Below are positions 39,702-50,196 of a stretch of DNA of 64,000 bases, one piece after another. The notes under the pieces are model-generated. The model had not been told where the DNA came from and searched no databases. It saw nothing but the letters and a program-made list of their open reading frames with translations. Position 1 is the first letter of the stretch. Every line of letters starts with the position of its first letter. Position numbers and translations under genes: made by a program. This stretch comes from a bacterium (GTDB lineage Bacteria > Zhuqueibacterota > Zhuqueibacteria > Residuimicrobiales > Krinioviventaceae): NCBI GenBank assembly GCA_963675755.2, contig CAXXMD010000003.1, positions 1,088,001 to 1,152,000 on the forward strand, given 5' to 3'.

Positions 39702-42443
39702 ATGAAAAGACCTTTATGGGTTGCAGTACTGTTGTTGAGTGTTTTTGTATTAATGAATCCGATATATGCAAAGACCTCTCTCACAAACCTGACATGCGAG
39801 TACAAAACCAATCCCGTTGGGATTGATGCAGAAAATCCACGCATGGGCTGGATCATTGAATCCTCTGACCGCGGATACATGCAATCTGCGTATCAGGTAC
39901 AGGTAGCGAAAGATAAAAAATCCTTTAAAAATCCTGTATGGGATTCAGGTAAAATCAAAAGCGACGAATCCATTCATGTCGTTTATGATGGCCCTGCTCT
40001 TGAAAGCGGCACCCGCTATTACTGGCGCGCTAAAGTATGGGACGCCAAAGACAAATCCACCTCCTGGAGCGATGAAGCATACTGGGAAATGGGATTATTA
40101 AACACAGCAGATTGGAAAGCAGAGTGGATACATCCCACTGTTAAAGAAGACTTGAAAAAAACCAGTCCTTCTCCTGTTTTACGTAAAGACTTTGTACTGA
40201 AAAACAAAGTGGCTTCAGCCCGCGCATATGTTACCAGCAAGGGATTGTATGAGCTTTACATCAATGGCAATAAAGTTGGTGACCAGGTGCTCACCCCGGG
40301 TTGGACCAGCTACAACACCCAAACCCAGTACCAAACATACGATGTTACTGACCTGCTTGAAAAAGGTGATAATGCTATCGGCGCACAACTGGGCGATGGC
40401 TGGTATCGCGGCTTTTTAGCATGGCAGGACCAGCGAAATGTTTACGGTGAAAAGCTGGGACTGATTGCTCAGATTAAAGTCGTATACAAAGACGGCTCAA
40501 CAGAAACCATTATCACGGATGGCTCCTGGAAATCTACTACCGGACCCATCCTTGCGTCTGATCTTTATATGGGCGAAACCTATGACGCACGAAAAGAAAT
40601 GCCGGGCTGGTGCAAAGCAGGTTATAACGACGCAAGTTGGGGTGGCGTAACTGTAGGTAATCACACAAAATCCATTCTGGTTGCCCCTGCTGGTCCAGCT
40701 ATCCGCAAAGTTGAAGAGCTCAAACCCATTGAAAAGATCATCACCCCCGAAGGCGATGTCGTTTTTGATATGGGTCAGAATATGGTAGGCTGGATACGAT
40801 TCAAAGTCCAGGGTCCTGCCGGCACCACAATCAAAATCCGTCATGCAGAAGTTTTAGATAAAGAAGGCAACTTTTACACAGAGAACCTTCGCCGTGCTAC
40901 CCAGTTGATCCAATACACCCTCAAAGGTGACGGCGTTGAAGTGTTTGAACCGCACTTTACCTTTCAGGGATTCCGTTACATTGATGTAGACGGTTGGCCG
41001 GGTGAACCTACACTCGAAGATTTTACCGGTGTTGTAGTTCACTCTGACTATGAAATGACTGGTGGATTTGAATGTTCTAATCCCTTGTTAAACCAGTTAC
41101 AGCACAATATCATTTGGGGTCAGCATGGTAACTTTGTTGACGTTCCTACTGATTGTCCGCAACGTGATGAACGTTTGGGATGGACTGGTGACGCTCAGGT
41201 TTTTGCTCCTACTGCTTGTTACAATTCAAATGTAGCCGGTTTCTATACCAAATGGATGGATGATTTCAATGCAGATCAAAAATCAGGCGGCTCCATTCCT
41301 CATGTTATTCCCAACGTTTTGAATCGTACAGATCCCATTCGTGACGCAGGTGCTTGCGGCTGGGCTGATGCGGCAGTTATCGTACCCTGGACCGTTTACC
41401 AGTATTACGATGACACCCGTATCCTTGAACAGCAATATGAAAGCATGAAAAAATGGATCGGTTATATGGAAGACAAGGCCGGAGATACATTTCTCTATAA
41501 CACAGGTCAGCATTTTGGTGACTGGTTGTCATACAACACCACCAGTTCCGACTATCCCGGCGCCTATACCGATAAAGACTTTTTGGCTACCGCGTATTTT
41601 GCCCATTCAACTGAATTAATGTCTAAAATTGCAAAAATTCTGGGTAAAGATCAGGATGCTCAAAAATATCAAGCACTGCTGCAAAACATTAAAAAAGCTT
41701 TTGTTAAAGAATTCATCACTCCCGAAGCACGTTTGTCTCCAAACACACAAACTGCCTACGCTGTTGCGTTTGATTTTGGTCTCATCCCCGATGATATGAA
41801 AGAACAAGCAGCTGAACGTCTGGCAGATGATATTAAAAAATTCGGCCACATTACCACCGGCTTTTTGGGCGCTTCTCCCATCACCCATGTTTTGAGTGAT
41901 AATGGTGACATTGATCTGGCATACATGCTGCTGAATCGTAAAAAATATCCGTCATGGCTCTATCCGGTAACCAAAGGCGCAACCACCATTTGGGAACGCT
42001 GGGATGGCATCAAACCGGATGGCTCGTTCCAAAATAAAGGTATGAATTCCTTTAATCACTATGCCTATGGCGCTATTGGTAACTGGATGTACCGGGTTAT
42101 TACCGGTGTAAATATTGACCCCCAAAATCCCGGTTACAAACACATCATCATCAAACCCAGACCGGGTGGAGAATTGACCTCTGCAAAAACATGGCATAAA
42201 TCTCTGTATGGTATGATCAAATCCGGTTGGGAAATTTCCGGAAACGCCATTACGGTTAACATTGAAATTCCAGCCAATACAACCGCAGACGTTTGCCTGC
42301 CAGGCGCAGAGCTTGCTGGTGTAATGGAAAGCGGTAAACCACTGGAAAAAGCCAAAGGCATTTTGGAAACAAAACAAATGGATGGTAACGGAAAACTGGT
42401 ACTGGGTTCAGGCAGTTATTCCTTTACATACACAATGAAATAA
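39702..42443 (+). CDS. Alpha-L-rhamnosidase (GH78), tandem paralog
   Basis: PTDCPQRDERLGWTGD, GATTIWERWD, SFNHYAYG. The track end is used; the TAA reads at about 42441-42443. Confidence 0.95.
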   Translation: MKRPLWVAVLLLSVFVLMNPIYAKTSLTNLTCEYKTNPVGIDAENPRMGWIIESSDRGYMQSAYQVQVAKDKKSFKNPVWDSGKIKSDESIHVVYDGPALESGTRYYWRAKVWDAKDKSTSWSDEAYWEMGLLNTADWKAEWIHPTVKEDLKKTSPSPVLRKDFVLKNKVASARAYVTSKGLYELYINGNKVGDQVLTPGWTSYNTQTQYQTYDVTDLLEKGDNAIGAQLGDGWYRGFLAWQDQRNVYGEKLGLIAQIKVVYKDGSTETIITDGSWKSTTGPILASDLYMGETYDARKEMPGWCKAGYNDASWGGVTVGNHTKSILVAPAGPAIRKVEELKPIEKIITPEGDVVFDMGQNMVGWIRFKVQGPAGTTIKIRHAEVLDKEGNFYTENLRRATQLIQYTLKGDGVEVFEPHFTFQGFRYIDVDGWPGEPTLEDFTGVVVHSDYEMTGGFECSNPLLNQLQHNIIWGQHGNFVDVPTDCPQRDERLGWTGDAQVFAPTACYNSNVAGFYTKWMDDFNADQKSGGSIPHVIPNVLNRTDPIRDAGACGWADAAVIVPWTVYQYYDDTRILEQQYESMKKWIGYMEDKAGDTFLYNTGQHFGDWLSYNTTSSDYPGAYTDKDFLATAYFAHSTELMSKIAKILGKDQDAQKYQALLQNIKKAFVKEFITPEARLSPNTQTAYAVAFDFGLIPDDMKEQAAERLADDIKKFGHITTGFLGASPITHVLSDNGDIDLAYMLLNRKKYPSWLYPVTKGATTIWERWDGIKPDGSFQNKGMNSFNHYAYGAIGNWMYRVITGVNIDPQNPGYKHIIIKPRPGGELTSAKTWHKSLYGMIKSGWEISGNAITVNIEIPANTTADVCLPGAELAGVMESGKPLEKAKGILETKQMDGNGKLVLGSGSYSFTYTMK

Positions 42444-42458
42444 ACAACAGGTAGTATT

Positions 42459-43808
42459 ATGGACAGACGATCTTTTATAAAATCGGCTGTCGCTGTATCG
42501 TCATTCATGATTGTACCCCGGCACGTATTGGGCGGGCCGGGGCACACTTCTCCCAGCGACAAGCTCAACATTGCAGCAATTGGAGCAGGCGGCAGAGGTA
42601 ATGCAGTTTTAAAAACCATGGAAACCGAAAACATTGTAGCGCTTTGTGATGTGGACTGGAAACAGGCCGCAGAAAGGTTTGAAAAGCACCCCAAGGCAAA
42701 ACGCTACAAAGATTTTCGAGTCATGCTTGACAAGCAAAAAGATATCGATGCCGTTCTTATCGCCACTCCTGACCATACCCATGCCGTAGCCACAATGGCT
42801 GCTATCAAAGCCGGCAAACATGTTTATACAGAAAAACCTCTCACATATACAATTTATGAAGCTCGTGAACTTGCCAAAGCCGCTCGTGAAGCCGGTGTAG
42901 CCACTCAAATGGGCACCCAGGGCCATGCCATGGAAGAAGCCCGGTTACTCTGCGAATGGGTACAGGACGGATCTATTGGTGAAATTCGCGAAATACATGC
43001 ATGGACTCCGCATCCGGTATGGCCGCAGGGTCAAAAACGTCCTGTCGACACGCCACTGGTTCCTGATTATCTGGATTGGGATTTGTGGATCGGGCCTGCA
43101 CCTTTTCGCCCCTATCACCCCGCTTATCATCCCATGATGTGGCGTGGTTGGTGGGATTTTGGTACCGGCGGTTTGGGAGATATGGGCTGCCATATCTTTG
43201 ATCCTATCAAATGGGCACTGAAAATTGATCAACCCACAAGCGTTGAAGCCAGCCACTCTTACGAGATTGATTTGGGTAACTCGCTAAACTGGGACAAAGA
43301 GAAAAATACCGAAAGCTATCCACATGGCAGCATTGTAAGATTCAATTTCCCGGCACGGGGAGATATGCCTCCGGTAAAACTGACCTGGTATGATGGCGGT
43401 TTGATGCCGGAAACCCCGGAAGAATTGGAACCCGGAAGAAAAATGGGTGACCAGTTTGGCGGCGTGCTATATGTTGGCAGTAAAGGCAAAATCCTTACCG
43501 GCTCTCACGGTGCACGAGGCATTCGTATCATTCCTGAAACCAAAATGCAGGAATATGAACGACCGGAAAAATCCATACCCCGCTCGCCTGGCCATAGTGA
43601 GGAATGGATTAATGCCTGCAAGGGCGGTCCTCCCGCATTGGTTAATTTCGACTATGCCGCACCTCTAACCCAGATGGTTCTTTTGGGTAACATTGCGCTT
43701 CGTACCGGCAAAAAGATATATTGGGATTATGATGCCATGCGAATCACCAACGATGAAGACGCAAACCAGTTCCTGCACAGAGAATATCGCAAAGGTTGGT
43801 CACTGTAA
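42459..43808 (+). CDS. Gfo/Idh/MocA family oxidoreductase with Tat signal
   Basis: DRRSFIK, GAGGRG, ATPDHTH, EKPL, GDMGCH. Confidence 0.92.
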   Translation: MDRRSFIKSAVAVSSFMIVPRHVLGGPGHTSPSDKLNIAAIGAGGRGNAVLKTMETENIVALCDVDWKQAAERFEKHPKAKRYKDFRVMLDKQKDIDAVLIATPDHTHAVATMAAIKAGKHVYTEKPLTYTIYEARELAKAAREAGVATQMGTQGHAMEEARLLCEWVQDGSIGEIREIHAWTPHPVWPQGQKRPVDTPLVPDYLDWDLWIGPAPFRPYHPAYHPMMWRGWWDFGTGGLGDMGCHIFDPIKWALKIDQPTSVEASHSYEIDLGNSLNWDKEKNTESYPHGSIVRFNFPARGDMPPVKLTWYDGGLMPETPEELEPGRKMGDQFGGVLYVGSKGKILTGSHGARGIRIIPETKMQEYERPEKSIPRSPGHSEEWINACKGGPPALVNFDYAAPLTQMVLLGNIALRTGKKIYWDYDAMRITNDEDANQFLHREYRKGWSL

Positions 43809-43810
43809 AT

Positions 43811-43842
43811 AAAAAGGCCGCTTAATCAAGCGGCTTTTTTTT
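43811..43842 (+). terminator. Intrinsic terminator
   Basis: GCCGCTT-AATC-AAGCGGC stem followed by a T run. Confidence 0.8.
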
Positions 43843-43939
43843 ATCTGTCGTAATTTCCACACCCATCTTCCCTTTTTTTAAAATCAGGTTTGCGCATCCC
43901 GGGAATTATCCTAAATTTGGAAAACAAAAAAGGATAAAT

Positions 43940-45163
43940 ATGCATACACGAATTTTAATCATTTTGAACATATTATTTTCAATTTCCGTTTCTTCAGCCG
44001 AAATCCTTTCACAATGGCGGGGTCCTGATCGAGACGGGAAATATACGGACACAGGTCTTTTAAAATCATGGCCGGATAACGGGCCTGAAATGTTGTGGAG
44101 TTTTGAAGGCCTGGGCGCGGGGCATGGCTCGGTCGCAATTGCACATGAACGCATTTATGTTACGGGAATGCAGGATTCCAGCGGATATCTGTATTGCTTT
44201 GACATGAATGGAAAGCTGTTATGGGAAAAATTGTACGGCCCTGAATGGACTAAAAGTTATCCCGGTGCCCGCACTTCACCTACCATAGTTGATGATTTAT
44301 TGTATCTTGAAAGCGGACAAGGTGTGGTTTTCTGCTTTAACGCAATAACCGGCAATCTGGTATGGTCTGTAGATTTGTTGAAAACCTTTAACGCTGAAAA
44401 TATACGCTGGGGCATGACCGAATCCCTGCTTATTGACGGTGACCGGGTTATATGTACTCCCGGCGGCCCAAAACACAATGTGGCCGCTCTTGACCGGTTC
44501 ACAGGCAAAACCATCTGGACGAGTCCGGGGAATGGAGACCCCGCAGCTTATTGCTCACCCATTCTTGTGGAATACCAGGGCACACGTCTTATCGTTACCA
44601 TGACATCCGAATCAATTATTGGTTTAGATGCAGAAACTGGTAAATTTTACTGGGCAGTACCTCAACACCAGACCAATAAAATACACGCAAACACTCCGGT
44701 TTATGATAACGGAAAAATCGTATGTGCCAGTGCAACTTCCAAAGATGATCTGGATGGTATCGTTCAACTTGAACTGTTAAACAAGGGAGAAACTGTAAAA
44801 GTAGTATGGCGAAACACAGACTTTCCCAATCTTATGGGTGGTGTAATCCTTCATGATGGATACCTGTATGGCGCTGAATATAGAAAATCGAAATGGTATT
44901 GTTTCAACGGGGATACGGGTAATATTCAATATATTGATGAATCTTTTGGTGGAGGTGTGATCACCTGGGCTGACGGACTGTTTTATTGCTATGCTGAAAA
45001 AGGAAATATAGGGCTTGTTAAAGCATCACCTGAATCCTTCACAGTGATTAGCCAATTTCCTGTCACCCTGGGAACAGATCAGCATTGGGCGCACCCTGTC
45101 ATTCATAATGGCAGGTTATATATCAGACACGGCAATGCCCTTTTAGTATACAGGATTAAATAA
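43940..45163 (+). CDS. PQQ-binding-like beta-propeller repeat protein
   Basis: QWRGPDRDG, repeated ALD..TG...W, WAHPVI..GRLYIR. Confidence 0.85.
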   Translation: MHTRILIILNILFSISVSSAEILSQWRGPDRDGKYTDTGLLKSWPDNGPEMLWSFEGLGAGHGSVAIAHERIYVTGMQDSSGYLYCFDMNGKLLWEKLYGPEWTKSYPGARTSPTIVDDLLYLESGQGVVFCFNAITGNLVWSVDLLKTFNAENIRWGMTESLLIDGDRVICTPGGPKHNVAALDRFTGKTIWTSPGNGDPAAYCSPILVEYQGTRLIVTMTSESIIGLDAETGKFYWAVPQHQTNKIHANTPVYDNGKIVCASATSKDDLDGIVQLELLNKGETVKVVWRNTDFPNLMGGVILHDGYLYGAEYRKSKWYCFNGDTGNIQYIDESFGGGVITWADGLFYCYAEKGNIGLVKASPESFTVISQFPVTLGTDQHWAHPVIHNGRLYIRHGNALLVYRIK

Positions 45164-48100
45164 CTATTTATTGTCAAATTGAGGTGAAAATTCAACAAGA
45201 AATTCTGCACCCGCATTATGATTTATAGTCAAAGTTCCATCAAGTTGCCGGGTAAGCGCATTAACAAGTTCATGCCCCAAAGATCCTTTAAATTTTGATT
45301 TAAAATTATCCGGCAATCCTTTACCGTCATCTGCTACCCTTAACAACATGTTTCCATTCTTTTTCAACTTGACCTCTACCCAAACATTTCCATTTTCCTT
45401 ATCGGTAAAAGCATGTTTAAATACATTGGTAAGCAATTCATTTACAATCAATCCACAGGGAATTGCCAATTCTATATTCAACAGGGATTCATGAATGGAA
45501 ATATGATATTGTATTTTTTTATTCGTTTCAAAAGAAGAAATTAACTGATCAAGCAGAAAATCAATATACTCTTTAAAATCAATCTGCGAAAAATCATCCG
45601 ATTGATATAATTTTTCATGAACAAGAGCCATAGAATAAATACGTTGTCTGCTTTCCATGAATGCTTTTTGCACATTGGGATCATGCTGCAGCTTTTTAGC
45701 CTGCATATTCAGCAAACTGATTATAATCTGCATATTGTTTTTGACACGATGATGGATCTCTTTGAGCAATATTTCTTTTTCATCAAGAGATCTCTTTAAC
45801 AACTCTTCGTTCAACTTGCGAGTGGTTATATCTTCAATCATTGCCAGATATAAAAAGGGCTCATTATTTTCACCACGAATACGGCTGAAATACAAATTTC
45901 CCCATTTTAATTCACCATTTTTATGGATGTACCGTTTTTCAAATTGATACGACTCTATATCTCCATTCAATACCTGGGTAAATAATTCTATATCTTTTTC
46001 GTAATCATCAGGATGTGAGCAGGATTTAAAGATATCTGAATCCATTTTATCTGATTCAAGCCCGACAAAATCCTGAAAAGCTTTGTTTGTTGTAACTTCC
46101 TGAGTAATTGTTTCCGGATCAGAGACTACAATCCCGATAGGAGCATGATCAAAAATTGCCCGAAATCTTGTTTCACTTTGTCGAATGGCAGATTCTGCTC
46201 GTTTTTGTTCTGTAATATCATACAACACACCAAAAACAGCATTTTTCTGCTTATCATATTGAGCTACTGATCGGATATCAATAATCTCATTATCCGTAGG
46301 CCTCACAATTTGAAATTCCACATCATAGGGTTTATTATATTTAATTAAATCAGACATTGCTTTATCAAGCATTTCCCGATATTCCGGCAAAGGAAATTTT
46401 TGAACCGCGGAAATAGTCATCGTATCTTTTATAGCATCCAATCCATAAACAATATAAGCACCATTTGAAGCAATGACTTGATTACTATCAAGATGAAACT
46501 CCCAATGCCCAATCCTTGCGATTTCTTCTGCACGCTCTAATCTTTTTTGGTTTTTTTCAATCTTTAATTCATACTCTCGTTGTTTTGTTAAATCCCTGCA
46601 GGTGGTTAACCGGACCTTTTTACCCTTGTATTGAAATTCCCTGCCATGTACCAATATTGGAAACCGGGTACCATCTTTTCTTAAAGCAATCGTTTCATAT
46701 GGTTCTTCCACATTGCTGATCATAAATCCTTCAACTTTATCCCGAAATTCAGGCGCAACAACATTGGGAGAATATAATCCAATAAATTCATCATAAGAAT
46801 ATCCAAACATACGGGTTGCCGCTTCATTTGCATCCGTACAGATTCCATTTTCAGAAAGAAAAATAGCTTCATGCGTAGCATTAGCCAACACCTGGTAACG
46901 CTCTTCACTCTCTTTTAAAATTTCTTCCGCTTTTTGCTGTTGAGTAATATCTCTCGCAATTGCAAGTGTATAATAGTCACCATCATATTCAATAAAGCCA
47001 ACATTTATTTCAACCGGTATTTCAGTGCCATCTTTTTTAATTTGAAAACTATTAAAAATAGAGGATTCTCCAAAAGGCACTCCTTTCCAAAGCTTTTCAA
47101 GGATTTCAGAATCTGGTATATTTTTATCAATATCCATAACTGTTTTATTCAAAAGCTCTTCACGTGTATACCCCAGGCTTTTGCAAGCCTGTTTGTTTAC
47201 ATCTATCATTCGCCCCTGAGAATTAGTTACAAAAATAGCGTCTGATGCGTGCTCAAAAAGAGTGCGAAATCGCTTGTTACTTTCTATCAAAGCGATTTCA
47301 GCCAACTTTAACTTGGTTATATCATAAGATAAAATTTGAATTTCTGGTAAATGTCCCTCTTGTATAATGGGTTGATAAATGGATAAAAACCACATGTCTC
47401 CTGTTGGTGTTTCAATTTTCTTTTCAAATGATTTGCTTTTACCACTTTTCAAAACAATATCAATTCGTTCTTTAACAGTTTCCGAATGCTCCTCATCCAC
47501 AAACTCGTAATAATATCTTCCAGTTATCTGTTCCGGAGAATCCCCCAAATGAAAAGCCAACGCTTTATTTAGAAAAAGGATCTTTCCTTGTGTATCAAGT
47601 ACTATGATTGGGGTATTATTGTTTTCAACAAGTTTTCTATATTTTTCTTCACTTGTTCTTAAAGCTTGTTCTGCCTGCTTTTGCGCACTCAGATCCCTGA
47701 TAATTCCAACAAAATTTTGAGGTGTTCCGTTTTCATCTTTGATCAAACTTGTTGATATTGCCGCAGGTATAGCAGTACCGTCTTTTTTTACAAGGGTAAA
47801 CTCTACATTTCTTATACTTCCATCGATTATTGTTTTTACAGCCGAACGCAAACCCCGAATATAGCATTGACGTTCAACCATTTCTCTTATATTTCTACCA
47901 ACAATCTCGGTTTTGTCTTCATAGCCATAAAGCGATGCAGTAACTGGGTTGCAATCCAGAATGTCCCCCTTAAGATCCGTAAAAATTATTGAATTGGGAG
48001 AAGATTCAAAGATGCGCTCTATTTGTTTTTCATTATTAGATAAAATTCGTTTAATTGTTTTTACTTCGGTTATATCCTGAAATACACCATCAAATCCGCA

Positions 48101-48523
48101 AAAGTCCCCTCTATCATCAAGGATAACTTCTGCCTGTGTTAATCCCCATCTTTCACGTTTGTCTACAGTAACAAATCGAAATTCTACTTTAAAATCACTT
48201 TTTTCTTTAATAGCAGTGTCTTTTACATTTTTAACCAGGTCTTTATCTTTAGGATGGATATGTGACAAAAACAATTCATGCGAAGGTGTTACCTCATTTC
48301 TTTTATAACCCAACAATTCAAAGTGATTATCTGACCAAAACAAATGCTCCTGAGCCAGGTACCAATAACCTACGTTTGCTAGTTTTTGGACTTTTTTAAA
48401 ACCCCTGACATAGTTCTGGTTTAATTGTTGAATCTGCTTTTCTTTTGTCTCTAGCAGTTTTTCAAGCTCTTCCACCCTTTCCAATAATTCAATACTATCA
48501 ATCCCCGATACGTCTTTGTTCAT
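45164..48523 (-). CDS. Multi-PAS histidine kinase (HisKA_2 type)
   Basis: Several PAS/PAC repeats ending in DIT/DLS; LLKEIHHRVKNNMQ, NELLTNVFKHAF, DDGKG. Confidence 0.92.
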   Translation of the reverse strand: MNKDVSGIDSIELLERVEELEKLLETKEKQIQQLNQNYVRGFKKVQKLANVGYWYLAQEHLFWSDNHFELLGYKRNEVTPSHELFLSHIHPKDKDLVKNVKDTAIKEKSDFKVEFRFVTVDKRERWGLTQAEVILDDRGDFCGFDGVFQDITEVKTIKRILSNNEKQIERIFESSPNSIIFTDLKGDILDCNPVTASLYGYEDKTEIVGRNIREMVERQCYIRGLRSAVKTIIDGSIRNVEFTLVKKDGTAIPAAISTSLIKDENGTPQNFVGIIRDLSAQKQAEQALRTSEEKYRKLVENNNTPIIVLDTQGKILFLNKALAFHLGDSPEQITGRYYYEFVDEEHSETVKERIDIVLKSGKSKSFEKKIETPTGDMWFLSIYQPIIQEGHLPEIQILSYDITKLKLAEIALIESNKRFRTLFEHASDAIFVTNSQGRMIDVNKQACKSLGYTREELLNKTVMDIDKNIPDSEILEKLWKGVPFGESSIFNSFQIKKDGTEIPVEINVGFIEYDGDYYTLAIARDITQQQKAEEILKESEERYQVLANATHEAIFLSENGICTDANEAATRMFGYSYDEFIGLYSPNVVAPEFRDKVEGFMISNVEEPYETIALRKDGTRFPILVHGREFQYKGKKVRLTTCRDLTKQREYELKIEKNQKRLERAEEIARIGHWEFHLDSNQVIASNGAYIVYGLDAIKDTMTISAVQKFPLPEYREMLDKAMSDLIKYNKPYDVEFQIVRPTDNEIIDIRSVAQYDKQKNAVFGVLYDITEQKRAESAIRQSETRFRAIFDHAPIGIVVSDPETITQEVTTNKAFQDFVGLESDKMDSDIFKSCSHPDDYEKDIELFTQVLNGDIESYQFEKRYIHKNGELKWGNLYFSRIRGENNEPFLYLAMIEDITTRKLNEELLKRSLDEKEILLKEIHHRVKNNMQIIISLLNMQAKKLQHDPNVQKAFMESRQRIYSMALVHEKLYQSDDFSQIDFKEYIDFLLDQLISSFETNKKIQYHISIHESLLNIELAIPCGLIVNELLTNVFKHAFTDKENGNVWVEVKLKKNGNMLLRVADDGKGLPDNFKSKFKGSLGHELVNALTRQLDGTLTINHNAGAEFLVEFSPQFDNK

Positions 48524-48620
48524 ATTCTACCCTGACACTACAATTTTACATAAAACATAGTTCTACACAATTATAATTTAGCAATAATCAGGCCTTTATG
48601 ATTTATTTTTTGTCTCTGTA

Positions 48621-48680
48621 TTGACAATGCCGCAATTTCTTCTTATAATGGAATAGCAACAGATGTATTAAATTACATCT
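48621..48680 (+). promoter_or_regulatory. Consensus sigma70 promoter with downstream palindrome
   Basis: TTGACA (48621)-N17-TATAAT (48644); AGATGTA-N6-TACATCT at 48661-48680. Confidence 0.8.
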
Positions 48681-48720
48681 CCCAATCTATATAAATCCCT
48701 AAAACAAACAGGTAAGAATC

Positions 48721-50172
48721 ATGAATGTTTATCAGGGTCTGCAATCTCCGTTAGCAATGATAATATTTTCTCTTACTCTGCTTTTGCCCATATTGATCGG
48801 ATTTTTCACTCTCAAAAAAACAAAAAACCAGTCCGATTATCTGTTGGGTGGCAGGTCTATGAATAAATTTGTAGTTGCGCTTTCTGCCGTTTCTTCGGGA
48901 AGGTCTTCATGGCTGGTTCTCGGACTTAGCGGAATGGCCTATTCTATGGGCACTGGGGCGTTATGGGCCGCTGTCGGGTACATTGTTGTTGAACTATTTC
49001 AGTTTATATATATTGGCAAGAAATTACGCGAGGACACGCAAACATTCCAATCCATTACTTTACTGGATTACCTCGAATCCCGCCATAACGACAGCAAACA
49101 CATTATCCGTATCACCGGAGCAATTATCATCGGCGTGTTTATCACGGCCTATGTTGCCGCACAACTCAATGCCGGGGCAAAAGCTTTGAGCACAGCTCTG
49201 GATTTGCAATTTATACCTGCACTTTTGGTATCGGTATTGTTAATTCTGGTCTACATGATTATGGGCGGATTTATAGCAGTTGCTTATAATGATGTGGTTC
49301 GTGCGGTAATTATGATCTTTGGACTGGTCTTTTTTCCCCTGGTTGTTTTAATAAAAACCGGAGGCTTGAATCACCTGTTTACAATGCTTGCGTCTATTGA
49401 TATTAAAACCATCGATCCCTTTTCTATCGGTGTAGGAGCGATGATCGGATTTATAGGTATTGGTTTGGGTTCTCCCGGGCAACCGCACATATTGGTCAGA
49501 TACATGTCAGTCAAAGACCCTGCCCAGTTGCGATATTCTGCCATTGTGGGCACCATCTGGAACATCCTCATGGCTTGGGGAGCGCTCTTTATCGGATTAC
49601 TGGGGCGCATGTTGTTCCCGCTTGCGCAACAACTCCCGGACTCGAATCCGGAAATGATATATCTGGTATTGTCTTCCCAATACTTTGGCCCTGTTATCTA
49701 TGGCTTGCTGATCGGAGGAATTTTTGCAGCCATTTTATCCACTGCTGACTCTCAGCTCTTAGTCGTTGCATCGACAATTGTAAGAGACATTTATGAAAAA
49801 ATATGGTTCAAGCATGTGAAACTGGATGAATCTTTCAAACTTAAAATCAGTCGAATTGTAGTGCTATTATCCGGTTTGCTCGCGGTTGTTTTGGCCTACC
49901 TGGCACAGGATCTTATCTTCTGGCTGGTTCTGTTTGCCTGGAGCGGACTGGGTGCATCTATAGGACCAGCAATCATTTTATCATTATACTGGAAGCGAAC
50001 AACCATTGCCGGTGTTACTGCCGGTATGATCACCGGCTCTGTTGTAACCATCATTTGGAAACTCTTTCTGAAAACCAGTACAGGATTATACGAACTGATT
50101 CCTGCCTTTTTTCTGGCATTTTTCATGATATGGGCTGTCAGTCTTTTAACTGCTAAAAATATTAATGAATAA
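48721..50172 (+). CDS. putP: Sodium/proline symporter (SSS family)
   Basis: DYLLGGR, SSGRSSWLVLG, GQPHILVRYM, STADSQLL, LYELIPAF. Confidence 0.8.
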   Translation: MNVYQGLQSPLAMIIFSLTLLLPILIGFFTLKKTKNQSDYLLGGRSMNKFVVALSAVSSGRSSWLVLGLSGMAYSMGTGALWAAVGYIVVELFQFIYIGKKLREDTQTFQSITLLDYLESRHNDSKHIIRITGAIIIGVFITAYVAAQLNAGAKALSTALDLQFIPALLVSVLLILVYMIMGGFIAVAYNDVVRAVIMIFGLVFFPLVVLIKTGGLNHLFTMLASIDIKTIDPFSIGVGAMIGFIGIGLGSPGQPHILVRYMSVKDPAQLRYSAIVGTIWNILMAWGALFIGLLGRMLFPLAQQLPDSNPEMIYLVLSSQYFGPVIYGLLIGGIFAAILSTADSQLLVVASTIVRDIYEKIWFKHVKLDESFKLKISRIVVLLSGLLAVVLAYLAQDLIFWLVLFAWSGLGASIGPAIILSLYWKRTTIAGVTAGMITGSVVTIIWKLFLKTSTGLYELIPAFFLAFFMIWAVSLLTAKNINE

Positions 50173-50196
50173 TATAAACGAAAAGGATAAACGGAT

